Part shown: piece by piece, positions 48,418-57,343 of the stretch | Layout of the letters: each line of letters opens with the position of its first letter | How positions within the stretch are numbered: position 1 is the first letter of the stretch | DNA from: Candidatus Cloacimonadota bacterium | GTDB lineage: Bacteria > Cloacimonadota > Cloacimonadia > Cloacimonadales > TCS61 | Assembly: GCA_021157525.1 (NCBI GenBank) | Contig: JAGGWK010000037.1 | Coordinates: 34,867 to 98,866, forward strand | DNA length: 64,000 bases | Reading direction: 5' to 3' | The notes under the pieces: generated by a model | Databases searched by the model: none | Seen by the model: the letters and a program-made list of their open reading frames with translations, nothing else | What the model was told of the DNA's origin: nothing | Program-made: the position numbers and the translations under genes

Positions 48418-49776
48418 TTATTGCACACTAGTCGGTGCGTTGGAAATAAATTCGATGTGTTCGATATAGCGTTTTACCGAATGCTCCATCTCTACAATTG
48501 CCGTTTTGTTGTTCATGGCGGCACGGGTGTTTTTGATTTCGGCCCCAAATACCAGCTCTGATGCCCGAGCATATTCCTTATAACTATCCAGCGCTTTATC
48601 AAAATCCAGAGAGGCTTCGAAAATCTCAGATATCTGCAGATAGCTGTCCCGCACAATTTCATGATGACCGATATTTTGGGAAATTTTGATTGCTTTAAGA
48701 AAATGTTCCACCGCTTTATTGTTGTCGTTGTTTTGCTTATAGAGTTTTCCCAATCGATACGTAGAGCTGGAAATTCCTTGGGCGTAGCCCAATTCAGTAT
48801 TGTTCTTCAATGCTTCTTCGAAGCAGGAGACAGCTTTTTTCACAACATTTTTTGCCATGTAAATATCGCCCATTTTATTCAGGATGCGGGCAATGCTCAC
48901 TTTGTCGTCAGCCTCTTCTTTAATGCTGAGGGCCTTTTTAAAATAGCCCAGGGCTTTTGAGTAATTTTGCTTCGCTTTGAAAATGGTTCCCAGATAACGA
49001 TATGCAAGAATCAAGTTTTTGGTATCTTTCTGCTTTTTGCATTCCCGTTCGATCTGCATAAAGGTCTCGGCGGAAGCATCCAGCTCATTGGATGAAAATT
49101 GCATTATACCAATATTGCTGAGAGCATTTATAGCGTTTGATGAATCATCCATCCCCCGATACAATTCTTCGGCTTCTGTGAGGTACTGGGCTGCTTTGGC
49201 ATATTCATTTTGTTTGCGGTACAGGATGCCAATGTGATAGGCGCTATTGGCAATGCCATTTGTGTCTTCCAGTTTTCTCTTTATGGCCAGTGCCTTAAGG
49301 TAAAATTCCAGAGACTCTATGGGTTTGTTAAGATAGTGATTTGTCGCGCCGATACTCAGAAGGGTTTGGGAGAGCAGAGAACTGTTGTTGAGTTTTTCGT
49401 CATGTTCCAGGGTTCGCATCAAAAAGGGCAGAGCAAGGTTGTATTGTTTTTTTTGCTGGTACACTTCGGCAATTTTATGATAGATCCGAGACAGCACGTC
49501 ATCATCCATCAGGCGTTGAGCAAAACGGAGAGAGCGTTTTAAAAAATCGATAGCCATATCATATTTTCGGGAAGGTATGTAGGTAAGGGCAGAGTAGTAT
49601 AACGCAAGACATTCACCTTTTCTATAGCGTACCGACTGGGATTGCTCAATGGCAGTATTTATATGTTCATAGCACGCATCGAATTTCTGCTGCACAATAA
49701 GCTTATGGCATTTTTCCAAAAGGAAATCAATCTGCCTGAAAGTATTATTGTCCTGCATTGTATATGCTATAGTCAT
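48418..49776 (-). CDS. Tetratricopeptide repeat (TPR) protein
   Basis: 452 aa made of repeated 34-aa A-x-x-Y-Y/L-x-x-A-L units (e.g. YSKALGYFKKALSI, NNKAVEHFLKAIKI). Confidence 0.75.
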   Translation of the reverse strand: MTIAYTMQDNNTFRQIDFLLEKCHKLIVQQKFDACYEHINTAIEQSQSVRYRKGECLALYYSALTYIPSRKYDMAIDFLKRSLRFAQRLMDDDVLSRIYHKIAEVYQQKKQYNLALPFLMRTLEHDEKLNNSSLLSQTLLSIGATNHYLNKPIESLEFYLKALAIKRKLEDTNGIANSAYHIGILYRKQNEYAKAAQYLTEAEELYRGMDDSSNAINALSNIGIMQFSSNELDASAETFMQIERECKKQKDTKNLILAYRYLGTIFKAKQNYSKALGYFKKALSIKEEADDKVSIARILNKMGDIYMAKNVVKKAVSCFEEALKNNTELGYAQGISSSTYRLGKLYKQNNDNNKAVEHFLKAIKISQNIGHHEIVRDSYLQISEIFEASLDFDKALDSYKEYARASELVFGAEIKNTRAAMNNKTAIVEMEHSVKRYIEHIEFISNAPTSVQ

Positions 49777-49844
49777 AATAACTTTATCCCCCGTTTACAA
49801 AATCAACATTCGCGAAAATCAGATTATCCTGTAAAGGAAAAATT

Positions 49845-50708
49845 TCAAAAGGTCTTTAATCGATTTATTTTATTGTGCAAAAGAGACACGGCCAGGGAAT
49901 GGGGAAGGAATTTTTTAGCCAGATTGATAAGTGATTCCACATCGGCAAGTCTGTTGAGCTTGAGATACATCTGTGCCAGATCGTAATAGGCTGTGGGGTC
50001 TTTTGGGTATTTGCTGATACTGTTCTTGAGGAGCTCTATAGCTTTATCCGTCTTACCAATCTTGTTGCACACCTTGGCATAAATGAGATAAAAATGGCTG
50101 TGATCCATGTTAAATTCCTCGGCTTTTTGCAGTTCAACAAAGCTGTTCAAGTATTTGTTTTGATGATAATAGGCAACTCCCGTGAAATAAAAAACCAAAG
50201 ACGATGGCCCGAAATTTCTCTGCACTGTGTTCATTGTACGCAGAATCTCTTCATAGTTTTTTTGGTAATAAAGCATATCGCACAAAAGAAAATAGGGAGC
50301 ACTGGTCGTAGGCTTCAGCTTTATCAGACGCTCCAGAATCTCAATGGTTACAAGGGGCTTATTCAGCCGGGCATAGGCAAAAGCTTTGTTGTAAAGCACA
50401 TCGGGGCTATCCGATTGCACCCGATCGAAACTGTCTATGGCCAGACGATATTCCCCCAGAAACAGATATCCGTTTCCAATGTGAATGTGCAGAATCTCAT
50501 CATTTTGATCTAACTGCACAGCACGCTGAAACGCATCAATGGCCTTTTTGTAGAGTTTTTGCCGTTCGTAAAGTTTACCCAGCGCCACCAGAAGCCGCTT
50601 ATCTTCCGGGTATTCTGCTATCGTTTCGATAAGAAGACGGCGCATCTGTATCCAATTTCTGTCTGTTTGAAATTTTATCTGGATGAGAATCCGATCAAGC
50701 TTGTTCAT
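49845..50708 (-). CDS. Tetratricopeptide repeat (TPR) protein
   Basis: TPR-like units (YKKAIDAFQRAVQLDQ, YRLAIDSFDRV). ATG at 50708. The track's 50723 start is a TTG. Confidence 0.7.
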   Translation of the reverse strand: MNKLDRILIQIKFQTDRNWIQMRRLLIETIAEYPEDKRLLVALGKLYERQKLYKKAIDAFQRAVQLDQNDEILHIHIGNGYLFLGEYRLAIDSFDRVQSDSPDVLYNKAFAYARLNKPLVTIEILERLIKLKPTTSAPYFLLCDMLYYQKNYEEILRTMNTVQRNFGPSSLVFYFTGVAYYHQNKYLNSFVELQKAEEFNMDHSHFYLIYAKVCNKIGKTDKAIELLKNSISKYPKDPTAYYDLAQMYLKLNRLADVESLINLAKKFLPHSLAVSLLHNKINRLKTF

Positions 50709-51681
50709 TATACAATTCCTCAATAAAATGCAAAACTTCTTCAGGCTTATCTGAACTATTTATCTTGGCGCGGAAAGAAGCCCCACCTCGTAATCCCCGC
50801 GAGTATCTGGCAAAATGGGTGCGCATCTCATGGACGGCCCGTTTCCTGGGATAGTGCTGAAATGCAGTTAAGAAATGATTTCGCACTGTGTTGAACCGCT
50901 CACCATAGGAAATTTCCGGAATTTCTTCCCCCTGCATTGCGGCCTTAATCTCGGCAAAAAGCCATGGATTTCCCCATGCAGCACGACCTATCATTACGCC
51001 GTCACAGCCCGTGGTTTCAAACATTTCCAGGGCATCAGCCACCGAGGCTATATCGCCATTTCCTATTACCGGGATGGAAACAGCTTTTTTCACCTCAGTG
51101 ATGAGCTGCCAGTCGCTTTTTCCACCAAACATCTGGCTTCGTGTACGAGGATGCAAACAGAGGATGTCTGCCCCAGCCGCTTCCATCTGGCAGGCAAATT
51201 CCACAGCGTTGATAGAGTTTCCATCCCATCCGGCACGAAATTTCACCGATAGTGGAAGCGCCATTTCATGAACCACCGGCTCCAACGCGCTCACTATTTC
51301 CATGGCCCGTTGCGGGGTTTGCATCAAGGCAGAGCCAGCGCCCCGTTTGATCACCTTTTTCACCGGACACCCCATATTCACATCGAGAAAATCGGGCTTT
51401 TGTGCCAACAATAATTGAGCGCCCTGACGCATCATAGAAGATTCGGAGCCAAAAAGTTGCATGCCGAAGGGTCGCTGATCCGCTGTGAATCGGGCATATT
51501 CAATGCTTTTGTTGTAGGAGTACACCAGACCGTCAGCGCTGATCATTTCACTTACCACTACATCGGCACCCCAGGTTTTGCAAATGCTGCGAAAAACGCT
51601 GTCGGTGACGCCGGCCAAAGGAGCCAGCCAAAGGGTTTTGGCGGTGAGGGAAGCGATGCGTCTATGAAGAAGAGAACTCAT
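50695..51681 (-). CDS. dusB: tRNA-dihydrouridine synthase
   Basis: LAPLAGVTDSVFRSICKTWGADVVVSEMISA, NMGCPVKKV and HPRTRSQMF are Dus family motifs. ATG at 51681 overlaps the upstream gene's end by 20 nt. Confidence 0.88.
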   Translation of the reverse strand: MSSLLHRRIASLTAKTLWLAPLAGVTDSVFRSICKTWGADVVVSEMISADGLVYSYNKSIEYARFTADQRPFGMQLFGSESSMMRQGAQLLLAQKPDFLDVNMGCPVKKVIKRGAGSALMQTPQRAMEIVSALEPVVHEMALPLSVKFRAGWDGNSINAVEFACQMEAAGADILCLHPRTRSQMFGGKSDWQLITEVKKAVSIPVIGNGDIASVADALEMFETTGCDGVMIGRAAWGNPWLFAEIKAAMQGEEIPEISYGERFNTVRNHFLTAFQHYPRKRAVHEMRTHFARYSRGLRGGASFRAKINSSDKPEEVLHFIEELYNEQA

Positions 51682-52405
51682 GAGATACCTGAAAAAGCAC
51701 AATGCCGGTGGCAATGGCGACGTTGAGTGATTCAATACCCGGTGTCAGGGGAATGGTAACCCGCAGGTGAGCAGATTGGATAAGGTTCGGAGAAGCACCA
51801 AAGGCTTCATTGCCGATGATGACGACTGCCGGGGTTTGCAGGGCTGGCATCCGGTAGAGAGAAACGGCATCCTGCAAGCAGGTGACAATGCGGTAAAGGG
51901 GCTGAGTCAAGAGCCACTGATGATTGTGGATGGCGGCAGGAAGGGAAAAAACCGTGCCCATGGAAGCACGGATAACTTTGGGATTGAAGAGGTCACAGCA
52001 ATCGGGGGAGAGGATGATGCCACTCACTCCAGCTCCAGCGGCTGTGCGGAAAATGGTGCCCAGATTGCCGGGCTCGCGAATGCCATCCAGATAGACTAAA
52101 AACCGGGAATCTTTGATTGGCTGCATCCTGGCCGGAACCAGCGCCGCCACTGCCTGAGGCGTTTGGGTGGTGCAGACTCGTTTCATCTGACAAGGGGCAA
52201 GGAGAATGATTGGCACATCTGCCGGAAGCCACGACGGGGGAGATGTCGTACAGTAGAATTCCAGGGGTTTTATGCCGTTCTCCATGAGTTGACGAACCAG
52301 CCGCTCGCCCTCTACCACCACCAAGTCCTGCTGAGAACGGAACTTCTTCTGCTTGAGTTTTGCCAGCTCTTTCAGGCGGTTTTTACTTATTTTCCGGGTT
52401 GGCAT
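51662..52405 (-). CDS. TrmH/SpoU-family RNA 2'-O-methyltransferase (RlmB-like)
   Basis: SpoU motifs PGNLGTIFRTAAGAG, IIGNEAFGASP and IPLTPGIESLNVAIATGIVLF, with an N-terminal substrate-binding-like domain. Confidence 0.82.
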   Translation of the reverse strand: MPTRKISKNRLKELAKLKQKKFRSQQDLVVVEGERLVRQLMENGIKPLEFYCTTSPPSWLPADVPIILLAPCQMKRVCTTQTPQAVAALVPARMQPIKDSRFLVYLDGIREPGNLGTIFRTAAGAGVSGIILSPDCCDLFNPKVIRASMGTVFSLPAAIHNHQWLLTQPLYRIVTCLQDAVSLYRMPALQTPAVVIIGNEAFGASPNLIQSAHLRVTIPLTPGIESLNVAIATGIVLFQVSHEFSSS

Positions 52406-53976
52406 GCGGCTTTCACAGCGTCGATATTTACATCATCAATCTGTTCGGGATCCATAAATTTACGAGCATACTCCATGTAGAGTCCCGAATCGAGGAACAG
52501 GAAAAAGATGTCTTTATCGATGGAATAATCTTTTACGAAAAAGGTCATGATGCGGAGCGCCTGGGAAAGGGTTGATTGGGCTCGATAGGGTCGATCTTTG
52601 GCGGAGAGTGCTTCGAAAATATCTGCCACGGCAATGATGCGGGCTTTGAGGGGAATCTGGGAATTTTTCAAACCAAAGGGATATCCTTTGCCGCTCAATT
52701 GCTCATGATGGGATGCAGCAAAAAGCGGCACATTATGGTATTTTGCCGGGAAGGTGATAGATGACAACATCTCCCATGTAACTTTGGCGTGCTCCTGAAT
52801 TTTCTCCCGTTCTTCGGGCAACAGCGTTCCCTTGGGGATTTGCAGATTTCTCAATTCATTTTCGTCGATCAGGGAGATGGTCTCATCATCAAACTGGTAT
52901 CTGTTTTTATGAATTTCTTCAAGTCGTGCTTTTGCTTCGGGAGTGATAAACTCACCTCCCGCGTTGGATGTTTGAATGAAGGCCATAGCATCATTGAGCT
53001 TTTTCAGCTCTGCCAGGTAGGATACATCATCCAGTTCGCCCCGCGTGTGCTTCAGCTTCAAGCCCAGTTTTATCGCCTGGTGCCTGGCCTTTACTATGGT
53101 GATGCGGTCGATAATCGTCTCCAGCTTTTTCGATTTATCACGGATGTGCGGCGGCGTGGTTATCTTGCCGATATCATGCATCCATCCTGCCATACTGATC
53201 TCCTTGAGCTCATCCTCGGTGAAATGCACATCAGGGTAATAATCATCGTCGTTGTTCATGGTATCTGCCAGCATCTCGGTAAGGCGCGCAACTCTGCTGA
53301 TGTGACCACTGGTGTATTTGGAATCGTGTTCGATGGCTTTTGCAATACTCCGCAAAAAATCCTGGAGAAGTGTTTCCAAGCCATCTATGAGCTGTCGATT
53401 GGTAAGGAGAATGCCTGCCTGTGAAGTAAGAGACATCAGGTGCGAGCTACCTTGGGCATCAAAAGCGATCACCTTGCCATCATCATCCATGGCATTTATT
53501 AACTGGATAACTCCCAGCACTGCGTCTTCGTGGTTTTTCATCGGGATGGCCAACATCGATTTTGAGCGGTATCCATTGGCAGCGTCGTAGGCCTTTGTGC
53601 CGCTACTGTCAAAGAGATCCTGAAAGTACACGTCTTCAATCATCATTGGACTTTTAGTATGATATACGTACGAAACCATGTTTTTCAGGTTTTTTTCCTC
53701 CTCCACATAGAGGTTCACAGGCTTCCACCCATAACTTTTATCGATGACTTTCATGGGAATATGCATGGTGCCGTTGTAGATCACCTGAAATTCCAAGCTC
53801 TTTTTGTCGGAAGATGTGAGGTATAAAGTCCCGGCATCGGCATTGGTATAAGATATTGCCTCGGATAGGATTAGGGTGAAAAATTCGTTAACATCCTTCG
53901 TACTGGACAGAGCGATCCCTATCTGGGTAAGTCGCTCAATATGCTCTTTGATACTGTTCCGGCTTCTCTTTTTCAT
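52387..53976 (-). CDS. GAF domain-containing HD-GYP phosphohydrolase (putative c-di-GMP phosphodiesterase)
   Basis: N-terminal GAF-like region (ADAGTLYLT...LGVIQLINA). HD-GYP domain with HDIGKITTP and HHEQLSGKGYPFGL. Confidence 0.82.
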   Translation of the reverse strand: MKKRSRNSIKEHIERLTQIGIALSSTKDVNEFFTLILSEAISYTNADAGTLYLTSSDKKSLEFQVIYNGTMHIPMKVIDKSYGWKPVNLYVEEEKNLKNMVSYVYHTKSPMMIEDVYFQDLFDSSGTKAYDAANGYRSKSMLAIPMKNHEDAVLGVIQLINAMDDDGKVIAFDAQGSSHLMSLTSQAGILLTNRQLIDGLETLLQDFLRSIAKAIEHDSKYTSGHISRVARLTEMLADTMNNDDDYYPDVHFTEDELKEISMAGWMHDIGKITTPPHIRDKSKKLETIIDRITIVKARHQAIKLGLKLKHTRGELDDVSYLAELKKLNDAMAFIQTSNAGGEFITPEAKARLEEIHKNRYQFDDETISLIDENELRNLQIPKGTLLPEEREKIQEHAKVTWEMLSSITFPAKYHNVPLFAASHHEQLSGKGYPFGLKNSQIPLKARIIAVADIFEALSAKDRPYRAQSTLSQALRIMTFFVKDYSIDKDIFFLFLDSGLYMEYARKFMDPEQIDDVNIDAVKAACQPGK

Positions 53977-54089
53977 AATAAATCCATTTGACACCATTTT
54001 TTAAATACAATACTTGGGAAATCGATGGTTCTGGTGTCAATGAAAAACATCCATTGCCTGGGAATCAAAATAATAAAGGAGAAATAAAT

Positions 54090-57020
54090 ATGCGTAATAC
54101 ACTGGCAATGATACTATTGCTACTTACAGTCAACCTCTGGAGTAAACCCGATGCACAGATATACCTTACTCAGGACAGCACTTGCGTTACTATCCATGAA
54201 TTAGCCGAAGCACTACAGGAATTCGATGTGATTTTTTTTGGTGAGTATCATGATAACGCCATCCTTCACAGGCTGGAGATTGAGCTTTTGCAAGAATTGG
54301 TCACCACCACACCATCCCTGGTGGTTTCCATGGAGATGTTTGAGCGGGACACCCAGGATGTACTGGATTCCTTTTTAGATGGACGCATGGAAGAGAAGGA
54401 GTTTATCACCCTCTCCCGTGCATGGCCAAACTATCCCACTGATTACAAGCCCATCATCGATTTTTCTCGGCAAAAGGGACTGCCTGTGATAGCTGCCAAT
54501 ATTCCCAGGAAATATGCGGCAAAAGTACGCCATGAAGGTTGGAAAGCCGTGGATAGCATTCCCATTGCCCAGCGACGTTTTATAGCCCGCAATCTGGTGG
54601 TTCTCGATGATGCCTACAAAACCAAGTTTTTTGCTACCATGCAGGCAAATATGGGCTCGCGCGCCATGCCGGGTTCCGAGGCAATGTTCGGTTCACTTTA
54701 TCGGGCTCAATGCCTCAAGGACGATACGATGGCCGAAAGCATCGCTGATTACCTCTCTCACCACCCCGGTGCCAAAATCATCCATTACAATGGGGATTTC
54801 CATAGTAACAGTCACCTGGGTACCGCGCAAAAACTCGCGCTTCTCAATCCCGAATTGAAGATTGGTGTTATCACGCCGGTATTAGTAGAGCCCGAAGCAC
54901 CGCTGGAGTTCCATCCCGACTTTGCAACCCAGGGAGATGTGGTGATTGTGATGCACCGGACACCTACAAAAGCTGAAGCCGCTGCAATGTTTAAAGAGCA
55001 GTCAAAACCCCAAAAACATCAGATAAAAATCGAGCTGGAACCGGAAAATCATAGGATATTCGGCAAAGACACCATCACCTTTTCAGCGCCTGTAGCGCAT
55101 CCAGACACCCTCTATTTCCTTAAAGAAATGGAGGTTCATTCGGTAAAAGCCAATGGGGAAGAGCTCTCTTTTACCTACGAGCCTGAGGATGATTCCTACT
55201 CATTGCTTATCGTAAAATCTCAGAAACCGATAAGCTCAATGACCATTCTCTACGAAGGAGAAATTTATCAACCCCTCAAAGGACGCTCTGCTCAGCAGCA
55301 TCACGACGGCACACGGGGAATTATCTCCGGAGCCGATAACGAAGGGATCTATCTGCCACCAGCCAGCTGGTATCCACAGCTTATCAATGATCCTCTTATG
55401 GATTTTGAAGTGTACGCAGCAGTTCCAGCCGCCTTTACCCTCATCACATCCGGCGCTGTGGAACGGCACATGCAGGACGGAATGTCCTATGCATCCTGGA
55501 AAACAGAGCAGCCTACCGATGGCCTCACCTTGGTTGGAAATCGCTTTACGGAGCATGTGCGGCAGATAGACGGCATTACCCTCAGCACCTATCTTCTGGA
55601 TGCAGACGATGCCACCGCAGAGAGCATTCTCGATTCTCTTGCTGAATATCATGCCACCTATTCAGCCCTTTTTGGCCCCTACCCATACTCCTCTTTTGCT
55701 TTGGTGGAAAACTTCTTTGCTTCGGGATTTGGTATGCCAGGCTACACCGTTATCGCGCCACAGCTCATCCAGATGCCCATGATTTTGCTTTCACCCGGTG
55801 CTTTGGCCCATGAATTTGTTCATGGCTGGTGGGGAAACAGCGTGTATGTGGATTATGATAAAGGCAACTGGTGCGAGGCGTTAACCGTTTTTTCCACTAA
55901 TTATTACTGGCATGTTTTGCAGCATGACGCAATGAAAGCTCAGGCATGGCGCGAAGATGCACAACTGGCCTACAACCTTTTGCCTGAAGAAAATCGATAT
56001 CCCCTTAGAAATTTCATTTACCAAAGAACCGATGACGATGCCGTAATTGGCTACGACAAAGGTGCATCCCTGCTTATCCAAATCCGGAGAATTCTGGGAG
56101 ATGAAGCATTTTTTGATGGGATTCGAAATTTCTACACTTCTTACAAAGGCAGGGAAGTTGGCTGGGATGCATTACTCGCTGAATTTCAGCAAGGACCTCA
56201 TGCCGATGCCATCGGTCAATTGTGCCATCTATGGCTGGATGAGACCACCATCCCGGCTATAACAATAGATGGTTTTACTCCCGATGAAGAGGATGCATCC
56301 TTCACTATTTCTCTGCATCAAACAGGCTCCACATTTCCACTGCTTCTTGATATGAGCTATAGATACGCAGGGGGCGTGAAAAGGGATTCCTTCTTCTTTT
56401 CCACAGCAGACACCACCCTCTCTGTTAGACTGCCCAAACCGCTCACCGAGATCACCGTTGACCCGGCTCACTACATCATGAAAAAAATCGAAACTGACAA
56501 CCTGCCCTACATGCTTTCACGTACATTGGCCGATTCAACACTGTGCATCCTGCCGGCAAAAAAAGAGGCAAAAGACCGCTATCTTCCCTTTATAAATTAC
56601 ATCATAAATGACAATATATCTCTTTGCAGTGATAAGAATTATAAAAAGCAAAACTGGAAGGAAAAAAATCTCTTGGTAATGGGAAGCTACCACTCAAACG
56701 GCATGATAAAAAAACTCGCCAGAAAACTCCCTGACGGTTTTTCTCCGGGAAAAGGAGAGTTCACCATCCATTCAGCTACTTACTCCGAACCCACTGCCGC
56801 ACTGCTGGTAAGTTTTGCCCACCCTTATGCTCCGGGAAAAATGATCACACTCTACCTGGAAAACAGTTCAGATACACCCTTTTCGGCACGACGGCTTTTG
56901 CACTATATGCATGATTCCTGGATTGTGCTGGGTGGCGGTATGGGCCACGCTCCCAAAGGGATGCTCTCACCTCCCGACGCCTCGCCCTATGTTTGGACGA
57001 CGGAAGCACTGAAGAAATGA
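54090..57020 (+). CDS. Secreted fusion protein: ChaN/Tiki-like (PF04187-like) N-domain + M1-type zinc aminopeptidase-like C-domain
   Basis: Signal peptide MRNTLAMILLLLTVNLWS. ChaN-like FDVIFFGEYHDNAILHRLEIELL...MEMFERDTQ...VIAANIPRK. M1-like LVEN (GAMEN position) and HEFVHGWWGNSVYVDYDKGNWCE (HExxH...E). AAGGAG RBS 8 nt upstream. Confidence 0.7.
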   Translation: MRNTLAMILLLLTVNLWSKPDAQIYLTQDSTCVTIHELAEALQEFDVIFFGEYHDNAILHRLEIELLQELVTTTPSLVVSMEMFERDTQDVLDSFLDGRMEEKEFITLSRAWPNYPTDYKPIIDFSRQKGLPVIAANIPRKYAAKVRHEGWKAVDSIPIAQRRFIARNLVVLDDAYKTKFFATMQANMGSRAMPGSEAMFGSLYRAQCLKDDTMAESIADYLSHHPGAKIIHYNGDFHSNSHLGTAQKLALLNPELKIGVITPVLVEPEAPLEFHPDFATQGDVVIVMHRTPTKAEAAAMFKEQSKPQKHQIKIELEPENHRIFGKDTITFSAPVAHPDTLYFLKEMEVHSVKANGEELSFTYEPEDDSYSLLIVKSQKPISSMTILYEGEIYQPLKGRSAQQHHDGTRGIISGADNEGIYLPPASWYPQLINDPLMDFEVYAAVPAAFTLITSGAVERHMQDGMSYASWKTEQPTDGLTLVGNRFTEHVRQIDGITLSTYLLDADDATAESILDSLAEYHATYSALFGPYPYSSFALVENFFASGFGMPGYTVIAPQLIQMPMILLSPGALAHEFVHGWWGNSVYVDYDKGNWCEALTVFSTNYYWHVLQHDAMKAQAWREDAQLAYNLLPEENRYPLRNFIYQRTDDDAVIGYDKGASLLIQIRRILGDEAFFDGIRNFYTSYKGREVGWDALLAEFQQGPHADAIGQLCHLWLDETTIPAITIDGFTPDEEDASFTISLHQTGSTFPLLLDMSYRYAGGVKRDSFFFSTADTTLSVRLPKPLTEITVDPAHYIMKKIETDNLPYMLSRTLADSTLCILPAKKEAKDRYLPFINYIINDNISLCSDKNYKKQNWKEKNLLVMGSYHSNGMIKKLARKLPDGFSPGKGEFTIHSATYSEPTAALLVSFAHPYAPGKMITLYLENSSDTPFSARRLLHYMHDSWIVLGGGMGHAPKGMLSPPDASPYVWTTEALKK

Positions 57021-57026
57021 TACTTT

Positions 57027-57061
57027 TTCGGGGATCTGGAAAAAATATCCAAATCCCCGAA
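57027..57061 (+). terminator. Long hairpin just after the stop of the ChaN-M1 gene (14-bp stem, one mismatch, no U-tract)
   Basis: TTCGGGGATCTGGA-aaaaata-TCCAAATCCCCGAA. A second weaker hairpin with a T-run is at 57189-57216 (CCCAG...CTGGG CTATTTTT). Confidence 0.45.
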
Positions 57062-57343
57062 TACAGGCTGTCACTCAACTCTCTTCGAGAAATACCGTTG
57101 TATATATTTCTCAGAAAAACGTTTATTATCCGTCATTCTGCGCGTCACGTTGAAGCTTTAGTGAAGACGGAAGCTTTTAATCAACTTACCCAGACCTGAA
57201 GGCCTGGGCTATTTTTGATGCTATTTGGCAGACATCTCAACAGCATGCCACCCCTTCCGAGTATGGGCGGGTAAACTTCAGGCGCAGGGCTTTTATGAGC
57301 CCAATGAGATTTCCCAAAATGCCCAAACATCCCACATACAAAC

